A stretch of 32,000 nt of DNA from Candidatus Electrothrix yaqonensis. GTDB taxonomy: Bacteria > Desulfobacterota > Desulfobulbia > Desulfobulbales > Desulfobulbaceae. Numbering within the stretch: position 1 is the stretch's first letter; each line of letters begins with the position of its first letter. The notes under the pieces are model-generated. The model saw only the letters and a program-made list of their open reading frames with translations, did no database searches and had not been told where the DNA came from. This document shows positions 23,612 through 31,717 of this stretch, piece after piece. The stretch lies in NCBI GenBank assembly GCA_047651235.1, contig CP178758.1, forward strand, positions 2,880,001-2,912,000. The letters run 5' to 3'. Made by a program: the position numbers and the translations under genes.

Positions 23612-24244
23612 ATGTCTACTTTATTTCAGGTAGCAGATGATGTAAGTCTGAAGACCAGGACACAATTTTTCTTTATGCTTACAATCTTGCTAACCGCGAT
23701 TGCGGCAGCCGGTCTTCTGTATGAATATGTCAGTCGCGGCCCGGAGGCGGGAAGTATTGTTGTCAGTTCCGTCATGCTTGTCATCATCTTTTTGCTGGGA
23801 GTGCAGATTGCCGCCATGATGTATTGGATGCGCAGCATTATGCAGCCGCTGGCTGAGGTGGGAGCAGCGACACGGTTGATGGCGGACGGGCATCTTGAAA
23901 CCTTTAATCAGATCAGACAGGCAGATGAAATCGGTCTGCTGGGCGAGAATATTAATGATCTGGCGGTCAATATGCAGGAGGTGCTCCTTTTTATCTGGAA
24001 CCACAGCCAGATGAGTCGTGAGTTGCTGGAGCATATAGCCGGAGAACTGAACGTTACCCTGGAAGACGTTGCCCCGGAGCCGGAACAGCTCTCTGCTGGA
24101 ATACAGAAGTATCTTCTTGAAATGTACCGGAATAATGAGGATCTCAGATCCATCGTGCTGTCATTCAGTTATTTTGAAATCAAGCTGGAAAATGAAAAAA
24201 TGGTTTCTGATTATGAACAGGAAACCGGAGTGAGCGTTTCGTGA
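23612..24244 (+). CDS. Small membrane protein: 2 TM helices + HAMP domain, no recognisable sensor or output domain
   Basis: TM1 is FFFMLTILLTAIAAAGLLYEYV and TM2 is IVVSSVMLVIIFLLGVQIAAMMYWM, with only about 8 residues between them. HAMP-like region: RSIMQPLAEVGAATRLMADGHLETFNQIRQADEIGLLGENINDLAVNMQEVL. An uncharacterised ~90-aa acidic tail follows. Confidence 0.65.
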   Translation: MSTLFQVADDVSLKTRTQFFFMLTILLTAIAAAGLLYEYVSRGPEAGSIVVSSVMLVIIFLLGVQIAAMMYWMRSIMQPLAEVGAATRLMADGHLETFNQIRQADEIGLLGENINDLAVNMQEVLLFIWNHSQMSRELLEHIAGELNVTLEDVAPEPEQLSAGIQKYLLEMYRNNEDLRSIVLSFSYFEIKLENEKMVSDYEQETGVSVS

Positions 24245-24434
24245 ACCTCGTGAACCGGACAGGATGGCATTTCCGCATCGGATTTCAATATGCTCCGGTG
24301 CCCCTGCAGGCAATTATAGGAAAGATATACAGAAAAGAACCTGATCAGGTGAATCAGGTGAGCGGATTGCAGCGGAAACTGATTCCGGAACCTTTAACCA
24401 AATAAACGGGCAGACTCTTGATAAGGTGGCAAAT

Positions 24435-27400
24435 ATGATTGATTCATCAATGTTACCGGATTTTATTGTTGAGGCGGCTGAACATCTCGAAGAGATGGAA
24501 AGCAGTCTTCTCCGGCTTGAACAAGATCATGAAGATAAAGAGGTGCTGGATGATATTTTCCGTTCGATTCATACCATCAAGGGAGCTGCTCAGTTTGTCG
24601 GCATTGAGCGGGTTTCTGAACTTTCCCATAAACTTGAGAATCTGCTTGATCTGCTCCGCAGGGATGAACTCGATCTGACCGGCAATGTAACAGATCTGCT
24701 CATTGCCGGAAAAGATAGGATAGCGCTGCTGGTTGATGAGCTTGAGCGTACACAGGCTGAGGAAACGGAAGTTGATGATCTGGTGGAACAGATAAAAAAT
24801 ATTGTTGAAGGCGATGCTGCGGACCCTGCAGATACTGCGGATGCCGCTGAGGTACCTGACGAGGCGGTCCCGACCGCAGATGATCCGGAGACTGTGCTCT
24901 CGGAAGAACCCCGTCAGGGGAGCCTTGCCGAGGAGAGCATGGCTGATGAATACGACGAGGAACTCTACAATATTTTTCTCCAGCAGCTGAAGGAAAATAT
25001 ACCCTTTCTCTATGCCCAGACCGTAGAACTGTCCATTTCGGTGGACAAGCAGGACGTCCTGTACCGGTGTAAAGATTCTATCAAGAGTCTCAAGTCCTCA
25101 GCCAACTACATGGGGTATGAAAAGCTGACCCAGCATTACTCCAACTGGCAGCGTGCCATTGATCAGGCCGTGGAACAGCTTTCCGGCGGGAAGATGCCTG
25201 ATCTCGGATTTATGCAGGATTATCTGGATGAGGTGATCCGTTCATTCCCGCAGGCTATGGAAGGGTATTCCCAAGAGGATGCGGAGGAGGATAAGGATGC
25301 TGTAGCAGGAAATATCGGTGCGTCCATTGATACAGAGCTTGATTCCATCTTTGCCGACGATGATGAACCTATTGCAGGGGTTGACGGAACGGGTGATGAA
25401 ACACTATCTACGATAGAAGAAACAGCTGATTGGGAAACGGAGGATGAGGAAGAACAAGGGATCGATCTGGATAAGGCCCTTGATTCTATTTTTGCTGGCG
25501 GACCGGAAGATTCGGGAGAGGATACGTCTGAGGCGGTTGGTGATGATGCCAAAATTTCGGGTGATGAAGGGATTTCTCCGCCCGAAAGCGGCAGAACGGA
25601 CAGGGAAATTATTTCTGACGGGACAGTTCCGCCGCTGGAATACGAGATCTCTGGAGATGAGTATGACGAAGAACTTATTTCTATTTTTCTGAAAAAATTA
25701 CAAACGGATACCCATTATATCCTAGGTCAGCTGAAAGATATCGGGTCCGGTGCTGATAAGCAGGCGGTTCTTGAACGCTGCGGAGATGCTGTCGGTCGGT
25801 TGGGAGCGTCAGCCAATTATATGGAGTATATTGGCCTGACAGCCTATTGTGATGTATGGCAGCAGACCATTGCTGACGAGCTGGTCGGATTATCCGGGGG
25901 AGATGAGCCTGATTTCAGCACCATGCAGGAATTCATCGATAAGGTTCTTCAAGTGTATCCCCAGATAGCGGAAACAAACGAAGACAGCAGTCCGGAAGAA
26001 GAGCTGCAGACTGCTGCGGATATCGCGGATGAAGAGAAGGTTGCGGAGACGACCGGAGCGGCGGAAAGTGCGGAAGAACAGGCTGCCGAAAAAGGGGAAC
26101 CTGACTCGGACGACTCAGACGGAGATGCTGATACCGAAAGTGAAGAAAGTAAAGCGCTTTTTGACAAACTGAGCAGCGCTCTTGACAGCGCCGAATACGG
26201 GGACAGTGTATCTTCTGATGAGGGGATGAACAGTGTTATCGGCGAAATGATAGACGTATCCGACCGGGAGGACGGAGAGCAGGCTGCAGCAGGCGGATCA
26301 GAACCTGAAGCCGATGCAGCTGTTTCTGCCGATGATGACAGCATAACACCTGAACAGCCTGAAAAGAAAGCGGAAAGAGCGGATTTGCTGGAGCAGGTTA
26401 TCGGTGAAGAAGTCGGAGACACCGGTATCACGGATGATGCCGAAGAGGATGAGTCAACACTGCAGGAGGAATCGGACGATATTGATGCTGAGGCGGAACC
26501 GGAATACGAAGCGGATCAGGTGGAGACACAGCAGCGCGGGAAAACGGAAAGTCCGGCAAGGAGGTCGCTTGCCCGAAGCAGCATCAGAGTGGATGCCGAG
26601 AAGATTGACTATCTGATGAATCAGGTCGGTGAACTGGTCGTCAGTCGAGCCTATTTTGCCCAGCTTGTCAACGAGATGCGTGGTCTGCAGCAGCAGCTCC
26701 TGGAAAACTCCGACATTTCGAAGGCGCAGCTCAAACCCCTGCAGGAATTTTCCTTCCGACTGAGTGAGGCCGGTGTCCATCTCGGTCGCGTGTCCAACGA
26801 GCTGCAGGAAGGCGTGATGAAGGTCAGGATGCTGCCCATTGATCAGCTTTTCAAGCGGTATCCGCGTCTGGTTCGGGATTTAATACATAAGACGGACAAG
26901 GACGTCAGACTTGTGACAAAAGGAGAGGAAACAGAGCTGGATAAAATGGTCATTGAGTCCATTTCCGACCCTCTGATTCATATTATCCGGAATGCTGTTG
27001 ATCACGGTATTGAAAGCATGTCGGAACGTCGGCGGGCAGGAAAGCCGGAACAGGGTACGCTTATTCTGGAAGCGTTTCATGAGAGTGACCATATTGTTGT
27101 GGAAATCACTGATGACGGCAGAGGACTTGATACAAAACGCATCAAAGCCAAGGCATTGCAGAAGGGGCTGATCCGTAAGGAGGAGCTGAAGCGGCTGTCT
27201 GAGCTGGAGCTGACCCGTCTGATTATGCTGCCCGGCTTCAGTACTGCGGAAACGACGACTGAAACCTCCGGCCGGGGGGTCGGGATGGATGTGGTCAAGA
27301 AGAATATCGAAAAACTGAACGGAACCGTTGAAATAGTTTCCGAGGCAGGCAAGGGAACCCGGCTGCGGATTAAAATTCCGCTGACTATGGCGATTATCCA

Positions 27401-27899
27401 GGCCCTGATGGTGCGGGTAGGAACAGAGAAGTTTACCATTCCCCTGACTACGGTAGAAGAGACTCTGCGCGTTTTTCGTGATGAGATATCGGAGATAGAG
27501 GGGGTTGATGTTATTCATCTCCGTGACACTACAATGCCTATTTTTCAGCTCTCCAAAATATACAATATTAATCGGCTCTCCCAGGATGAGGACAAAATGT
27601 TTGTGGTGGTGGTGAGTACAGGAACCCAGGAGCTGGGGCTGGTGGTCGATGAACTGCTCGGTCAGGAGGAGGTGGTCATCAAACCGCTTGCCGATTATCT
27701 GCGAGTGGAAAGCGGCTTCGGCGGAGCAACGATTCTGGGTGACGGTGGTATTTCTCTCATTCTGGATATACCGGAACTGGTCAAGATTGCCAAGGATGAT
27801 CAGGCAACTAAACAGGTGGAGCGTTCTCTACGATACAGACGGAAGAAAAAACGCATTGATTTGGAAAAGGAGGAACAGGAGGAGCAGGCGGCTCAGTAA
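24435..27899 (+). CDS. cheA: CheA histidine kinase, expanded (1154 aa from the ATG at 24435) with one Hpt, two His-less Hpt-like repeats and long acidic linkers
   Basis: Hpt: ..LDDIFRSIHTIKGAAQFVG... Dimerisation region: IRVDAEKIDYLMNQVGELVVSRAYF. HATPase: DPLIHIIRNAVDHGIE, EITDDGRGLD, GRGVGMDVVKKNIEKLNGTVEIVSEAGKGTRLRIKIPLT. The CheW-like P5 domain is at the C-terminus. The ORF track's GTG start at 24426 is also possible. Confidence 0.9.
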   Translation: MIDSSMLPDFIVEAAEHLEEMESSLLRLEQDHEDKEVLDDIFRSIHTIKGAAQFVGIERVSELSHKLENLLDLLRRDELDLTGNVTDLLIAGKDRIALLVDELERTQAEETEVDDLVEQIKNIVEGDAADPADTADAAEVPDEAVPTADDPETVLSEEPRQGSLAEESMADEYDEELYNIFLQQLKENIPFLYAQTVELSISVDKQDVLYRCKDSIKSLKSSANYMGYEKLTQHYSNWQRAIDQAVEQLSGGKMPDLGFMQDYLDEVIRSFPQAMEGYSQEDAEEDKDAVAGNIGASIDTELDSIFADDDEPIAGVDGTGDETLSTIEETADWETEDEEEQGIDLDKALDSIFAGGPEDSGEDTSEAVGDDAKISGDEGISPPESGRTDREIISDGTVPPLEYEISGDEYDEELISIFLKKLQTDTHYILGQLKDIGSGADKQAVLERCGDAVGRLGASANYMEYIGLTAYCDVWQQTIADELVGLSGGDEPDFSTMQEFIDKVLQVYPQIAETNEDSSPEEELQTAADIADEEKVAETTGAAESAEEQAAEKGEPDSDDSDGDADTESEESKALFDKLSSALDSAEYGDSVSSDEGMNSVIGEMIDVSDREDGEQAAAGGSEPEADAAVSADDDSITPEQPEKKAERADLLEQVIGEEVGDTGITDDAEEDESTLQEESDDIDAEAEPEYEADQVETQQRGKTESPARRSLARSSIRVDAEKIDYLMNQVGELVVSRAYFAQLVNEMRGLQQQLLENSDISKAQLKPLQEFSFRLSEAGVHLGRVSNELQEGVMKVRMLPIDQLFKRYPRLVRDLIHKTDKDVRLVTKGEETELDKMVIESISDPLIHIIRNAVDHGIESMSERRRAGKPEQGTLILEAFHESDHIVVEITDDGRGLDTKRIKAKALQKGLIRKEELKRLSELELTRLIMLPGFSTAETTTETSGRGVGMDVVKKNIEKLNGTVEIVSEAGKGTRLRIKIPLTMAIIQALMVRVGTEKFTIPLTTVEETLRVFRDEISEIEGVDVIHLRDTTMPIFQLSKIYNINRLSQDEDKMFVVVVSTGTQELGLVVDELLGQEEVVIKPLADYLRVESGFGGATILGDGGISLILDIPELVKIAKDDQATKQVERSLRYRRKKKRIDLEKEEQEEQAAQ
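24945..25253 (+). repeat. CheA internal repeat A (His-less Hpt-like module, 103 codons)
   Basis: DEYDEELYNIFLQQLKEN...RCKDSIKSLKSSANYMGYEKLTQHY...DLGFMQDYLDEVIRSFPQ. It is paralogous to 25656-25964 at both the DNA and protein level. Confidence 0.8.
25656..25964 (+). repeat. CheA internal repeat B (His-less Hpt-like module, 103 codons)
   Basis: DEYDEELISIFLKKLQTD...RCGDAVGRLGASANYMEYIGLTAYC...DFSTMQEFIDKVLQVYPQ. Same length as repeat A, offset by 711 nt. Confidence 0.8.
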
Positions 27900-28008
27900 G
27901 GAGGTAACCGAGACGGGCACACAGCAGATAATTCAGGGAGTTGGACGGCCAGGGCAGCGGAGTCATAAAATAACGTGGAGATTCCTGGGGGAGGGGGGAA
28001 GCTGCGGC

Positions 28009-29046
28009 ATGGAGAGAAAAATAAGGGTTCTTGTAGTTGATGATGCCACTTTTATGACCAAGGCGATCAGTGATCTGCTGGAAACAGATTCTGATATCGA
28101 AGTGGTCGGAGTCGCCAATAACGGATTGGAAGGACTGGAAAAGATCAGGGAGCTGCAGCCGGATGTCATTACCCTGGATATTGATATGCCTGTCATGGAC
28201 GGTCTGCAGGCAGTCCGCCATATTATGATTGAATCTCCGGTTCCCATTGTTGTCCTCAGTTCTTTGTTCAGTGACGGGTCCATTACTTTTGATGCCCTGC
28301 GGCTTGGTGTGGTTGATTTTGTCGCCAAGCCGTCCGGGGCGATATCAAGTGATATTCATACGGCCAAGCAGCATATCATCGACCGGATCAAACTGGCTGC
28401 TTCGGTGAATTTTCAGAATATCCGCCGGGTCCGGGTCAACCGGCGGAACAAACAGGAAAGTATTGCCGATCTGTACGGTTTTCATCCGCTGGACTATCTC
28501 ATTGCGGTGGGAACCTCGCTCACCGGACCCAACACCTTTATCCGTCTGATGACCAGGGTGACAGCAGGCCTTCCTGCTGCCGCTGTTATTCTGCTGGAGA
28601 TCGCCCCGAAAATTCTTCCTGCTTTTGTTGAAAAATTCAATGAGTTTGTGCTCTGGAAGATTGAACTCGCCCAGGAAGGTAAGGTTCTGGAACAGGGAGT
28701 CTGCTATATTCAGTCCAATATGGTTTCTCTGACGATAGGACTGAACAGTAACGGTGATCCCTGTTTTCAGCTTGGTGATCGGGTTGACAATCCTCTGGAT
28801 ACGTTTTTTCTTTCTGCTGCCGAGGTGTTCCGGGAGAATACAGTGGGTGTGCTGCTTACCGGCTATGGAGATGACGGGTCTGTTGGTTTTGCCGGGATCC
28901 AGGAAAAAGCCGGGAAGACCATTGCCCAGAGTGTGGACAGCTGCGTGTATCCTAACCTGACGGATATGGCGATAAAACGCAATAAAGTGGATCTGATTGT
29001 GGAGGAAAGCAAACTTGCCGAGGCTATTGAGTCAGTTATCAGATAA
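28009..29046 (+). CDS. REC + CheB-like methylesterase-fold protein lacking the catalytic His
   Basis: The start was chosen at MERKIRVLVVDDATFM (G-rich RBS). The ORF track's start at 27649 overlaps cheA and is rejected. REC: PDVITLDIDMPVMDG..VVLSS..DFVAKPS. In the esterase fold, GTSLTG keeps the Ser and GYGDDG keeps the Asp, but the QHMP position reads EIAP (His to Ile). Confidence 0.85.
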   Translation: MERKIRVLVVDDATFMTKAISDLLETDSDIEVVGVANNGLEGLEKIRELQPDVITLDIDMPVMDGLQAVRHIMIESPVPIVVLSSLFSDGSITFDALRLGVVDFVAKPSGAISSDIHTAKQHIIDRIKLAASVNFQNIRRVRVNRRNKQESIADLYGFHPLDYLIAVGTSLTGPNTFIRLMTRVTAGLPAAAVILLEIAPKILPAFVEKFNEFVLWKIELAQEGKVLEQGVCYIQSNMVSLTIGLNSNGDPCFQLGDRVDNPLDTFFLSAAEVFRENTVGVLLTGYGDDGSVGFAGIQEKAGKTIAQSVDSCVYPNLTDMAIKRNKVDLIVEESKLAEAIESVIR

Positions 29047-29129
29047 CTGAATTAACTGCCGGATAAGTAGCTGAGCTACCGCACCCATAACGTAATTACC
29101 GTAAAATCGGCAGGTTTCACGTTGAGAGG

Positions 29130-29149
29130 ACTGTCACCTAACTGTCACC
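29130..29149 (+). repeat. Tandem direct repeat ACTGTCACC (x2, 11-bp register) just upstream of the ParA-like gene
   Basis: ACTGTCACC occurs at 29130-29138 and 29141-29149, 21 nt upstream of the ATG at 29170. Confidence 0.3.
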
Positions 29150-29169
29150 GGGTCTGATAGGGATGCATT

Positions 29170-30081
29170 ATGATCATTACATGCGAAAATTGTAAAACCA
29201 GATATAAGGTTGCTGAGGAGATCATTACCAAACCGGCATTCAAGGTGCGGTGTCATAAATGCAACCACAGGTTTATAATCTATAAATCGGAACCTGCCGA
29301 TGATTCTTTTCTCCTCCGGGATGAAGTACATCCTGATGATAACCGGATTATAGCGCTGAGCAATCAGAAAGGAGGGGTGGCAAAAACAACCACCTGTCTG
29401 AATCTGGGAGGGGCATTGGCTCAGATGGGAAAAAAAGTACTGCTGATTGATTTTGATGTGCAGGCCAACCTGACCATGCTGCTCGGGTTCAGGAAAACCC
29501 GTTCATTTTATGAGGTACTGAATAGAGAAGTCAAGGCGATCAATGAGGTTATTCTGCATACAAAATTTCCCAATATATCGGTTCTCCCCTCAAACAGCAG
29601 GATGGCGCTGCTGAAGAAAAGGTATCTGACCCAGCATAATTTCGAATATCTGCTCAGGGATAAACTGGAAGCGGTAAAGGACAGTTATGATCATATTCTG
29701 ATCGATACGCCGCCGTCCATCGAGTTTTTTACCCTGAATGCCCTGATGGCCTCCGGCCTTGTTATCGTGCCGACCACCTGTGAATATCTTGCCATGCACG
29801 GAGTCGGTCAGATCAATGATGTTGTCAAGGTGCTGCGCGGTATTGATCATGATATCGGCTGTAAGGTGCTGATTACCATGTATGACGTGAAAAAAACATC
29901 TGAAAAGGTTATCCACGAGAAAATACGCCGGAAATACGGAGATATCCTCTGCAAAACGGTTATTGAGCTGGATGACAAAATTCAGGAATCGCATATCGTC
30001 AATCTGCCGATCCGTTATTATGCCGAGAAAAGCAGATCAGCTGTTCAGTATCAGGCTCTGGCGCAGGAAATTGTCGGATAA
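29170..30081 (+). CDS. MJ0042-type zinc ribbon fused to a ParA/MinD-family (deviant Walker A) ATPase
   Basis: MIITCENCKTRYKVAEEIITKPAFKVRCHKCNHRFIIY (CxxC...CxxC ribbon) is followed by IIALSNQKGGVAKTTTCLNLGGALAQMGKKVLLIDFDVQANLT (KGGxxKT deviant Walker A) and ILIDTPPS (Walker B-like). Confidence 0.85.
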   Translation: MIITCENCKTRYKVAEEIITKPAFKVRCHKCNHRFIIYKSEPADDSFLLRDEVHPDDNRIIALSNQKGGVAKTTTCLNLGGALAQMGKKVLLIDFDVQANLTMLLGFRKTRSFYEVLNREVKAINEVILHTKFPNISVLPSNSRMALLKKRYLTQHNFEYLLRDKLEAVKDSYDHILIDTPPSIEFFTLNALMASGLVIVPTTCEYLAMHGVGQINDVVKVLRGIDHDIGCKVLITMYDVKKTSEKVIHEKIRRKYGDILCKTVIELDDKIQESHIVNLPIRYYAEKSRSAVQYQALAQEIVG

Positions 30082-30120
30082 CAGAAAAAGCAGAAAAAGA
30101 ATTTCCGGGGAGTTCTATAC

Positions 30121-30900
30121 ATGAAAACAGAGGCACATTCCAGGCTGACACAAAGCATTGCCCCGGTTCTGTCCTTCACCGTCCTAGTTCTGGTCTGGGA
30201 ACTTGTCGTCCGTTTTAGCGGCTGGGATACAAATGTTCTGCCCGGACCGTACAAAGTCCTGGAGAGCATGATTGAACTGATCGCCAACGGGTCCATGTTC
30301 AAGCATACTGTGGCCAGCCTGTTCAGAGTAACGTGGGGATTTTATATTGCCGCGATACTGGGTATTCCCTTGGGAATTGTTCTGGGAAGAAGTCAGGTTG
30401 CTGCCATGCTGCTGAATCCGATTATTCATTTTCTGCGTCCCATCTCTCCGCTCGCCTGGATACCGCTGGCCATGCTCTGGTTCGGAATCGGTGACCAGCC
30501 TGCTGTTTTCCTGATCTTTCTCGCCAGCTTTTTCCCCATTGTCGTCTCCACCACTGTTGCGGTGCATTCCATCAATCCCACCTATTTTTATGTTGCCGCC
30601 AATTTTAATTTCAGCAGACAGGAGGTAATTCAGAAAATAGTTATTCCGGCCATTATTCCGGATATTATTACAGCACTGCGGCTGACCGTCACCATTGCCT
30701 GGATTGTGGTGGTTGCTGCCGAGATGATTGCGGTTCAGTCCGGACTCGGATATCTGATTCTTGATTCGCGGAACGGACTGCGTCTGGATTACGTTATGGA
30801 CGGAATGATTATTATCGGCCTGATCGGCCTGTATCTCGATTATATTATGCGCCGTCTCGGCAGGATCGAGTCTGCATCCTGGGGCATCCAGCAGGCATAG
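30121..30900 (+). CDS. ABC transporter permease (NitT/TauT - SsuC/TauC type)
   Basis: 259 aa, polytopic and hydrophobic. The EAA-like region ..AANFNFSRQEVIQKIVIPAIIPDIITALRL.. is typical of BPD_transp_1 permeases of the nitrate/sulfonate/taurine family. Confidence 0.8.
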   Translation: MKTEAHSRLTQSIAPVLSFTVLVLVWELVVRFSGWDTNVLPGPYKVLESMIELIANGSMFKHTVASLFRVTWGFYIAAILGIPLGIVLGRSQVAAMLLNPIIHFLRPISPLAWIPLAMLWFGIGDQPAVFLIFLASFFPIVVSTTVAVHSINPTYFYVAANFNFSRQEVIQKIVIPAIIPDIITALRLTVTIAWIVVVAAEMIAVQSGLGYLILDSRNGLRLDYVMDGMIIIGLIGLYLDYIMRRLGRIESASWGIQQA

Positions 30901-30922
30901 AGGCAGGGGAGGGAAACGAAAA

Positions 30923-31717
30923 GTGGGACATATTCAGATAAATAATCTGTGCAGAGAGTTTGTCAACCGGCGACAAAAGAAACGTGAGGATGACGGTCTC
31001 CCGTACGGAGAAAAAGTTTCCGTGCTTGAGGATATTAATATTGAAGTGGAAGAGGGGGAAATGGTCTGTTTCCTCGGGCCTTCCGGGTGCGGTAAATCCA
31101 CTCTTCTGCGTATCATTGCCGGGTTTGACAAACAGACTTCCGGTTCGATTCTGATTGACGGCAAAAAAATCACCGGGCCGAGTTCGGATAATATTTTTGT
31201 TTTTCAGCACAGCGGGCTGCTGCCCTGGATGACGGTGTGGCAAAACGTGGAGCTGGGACTGCGGCATATGGAGGACGAGAAAGCAAAGAACGCTGAGATT
31301 CAGGAATATATTGAAATGGTCGAACTGGACGGATTCGGGAACCATTATCCCGGTCAACTGTCCGGAGGCATGCAGCGGCGGGCGGAGCTGGCCCGTGCTC
31401 TGGCGGTGAATCCTGATATCCTTATTATGGACGAACCCTTCAGCGGACTCGACTTTCTCACCCATATGAAGATGCGGGAAGAAGTGGTCAATATGCATCA
31501 GTTTCTCGGTAAGACGATTCTGGTCGTGACTCATGACATTGATGATGCGCTGATTATGGGAGACCGGGTGGTGGTATTCAGCAAAAGGCCGTCGCAGGTG
31601 AAAATGAACCAGAAGCTGGAATTTCCCCATCCGAGAATTGTGTTTAACAAGCAGACAGAGTTAAGCAAGCTCCGGGATGAACTGTTTCTGATGCTCGGAG
31701 TAAGCTATGCTGTCTGA
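30923..31717 (+). CDS. ABC transporter ATP-binding protein (NitT/TauT family)
   Basis: Walker A is GPSGCGKSTLLRIIAGF, the signature motif is LSGGMQRR, and Walker B is ILIMDEPFSGLD, followed by H-loop VTHD. GTG start. Confidence 0.9.
   Translation: MGHIQINNLCREFVNRRQKKREDDGLPYGEKVSVLEDINIEVEEGEMVCFLGPSGCGKSTLLRIIAGFDKQTSGSILIDGKKITGPSSDNIFVFQHSGLLPWMTVWQNVELGLRHMEDEKAKNAEIQEYIEMVELDGFGNHYPGQLSGGMQRRAELARALAVNPDILIMDEPFSGLDFLTHMKMREEVVNMHQFLGKTILVVTHDIDDALIMGDRVVVFSKRPSQVKMNQKLEFPHPRIVFNKQTELSKLRDELFLMLGVSYAV

Noticed and set aside
24236-24362. Two 9-bp perfect tandem duplications (TCGTGAACC x2 at the HAMP-protein stop; ATCAGGTGA x2 at about 24342-24359)
   Set aside because: These are single duplications of very short units, most simply explained by replication slippage. 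There is no array and no obvious function.
26880-27518. 212-aa minus-strand ORF, with neighbours at 25949-26431 and 27077-27439
   Set aside because: They are antisense to cheA. The Ser-rich products merely mirror the Asp/Glu-rich sense strand.
27649-28008. 120-codon N-terminal extension of the second CheB-like ORF
   Set aside because: It overlaps the cheA 3' end in another frame and is Arg/Trp-rich nonsense. The receiver domain begins at MERKIRVLVVDD, which has its own RBS.
30845-31630. 261-aa minus-strand ORF
   Set aside because: It is antisense to the ABC ATPase gene, which has Walker A, signature and Walker B motifs.
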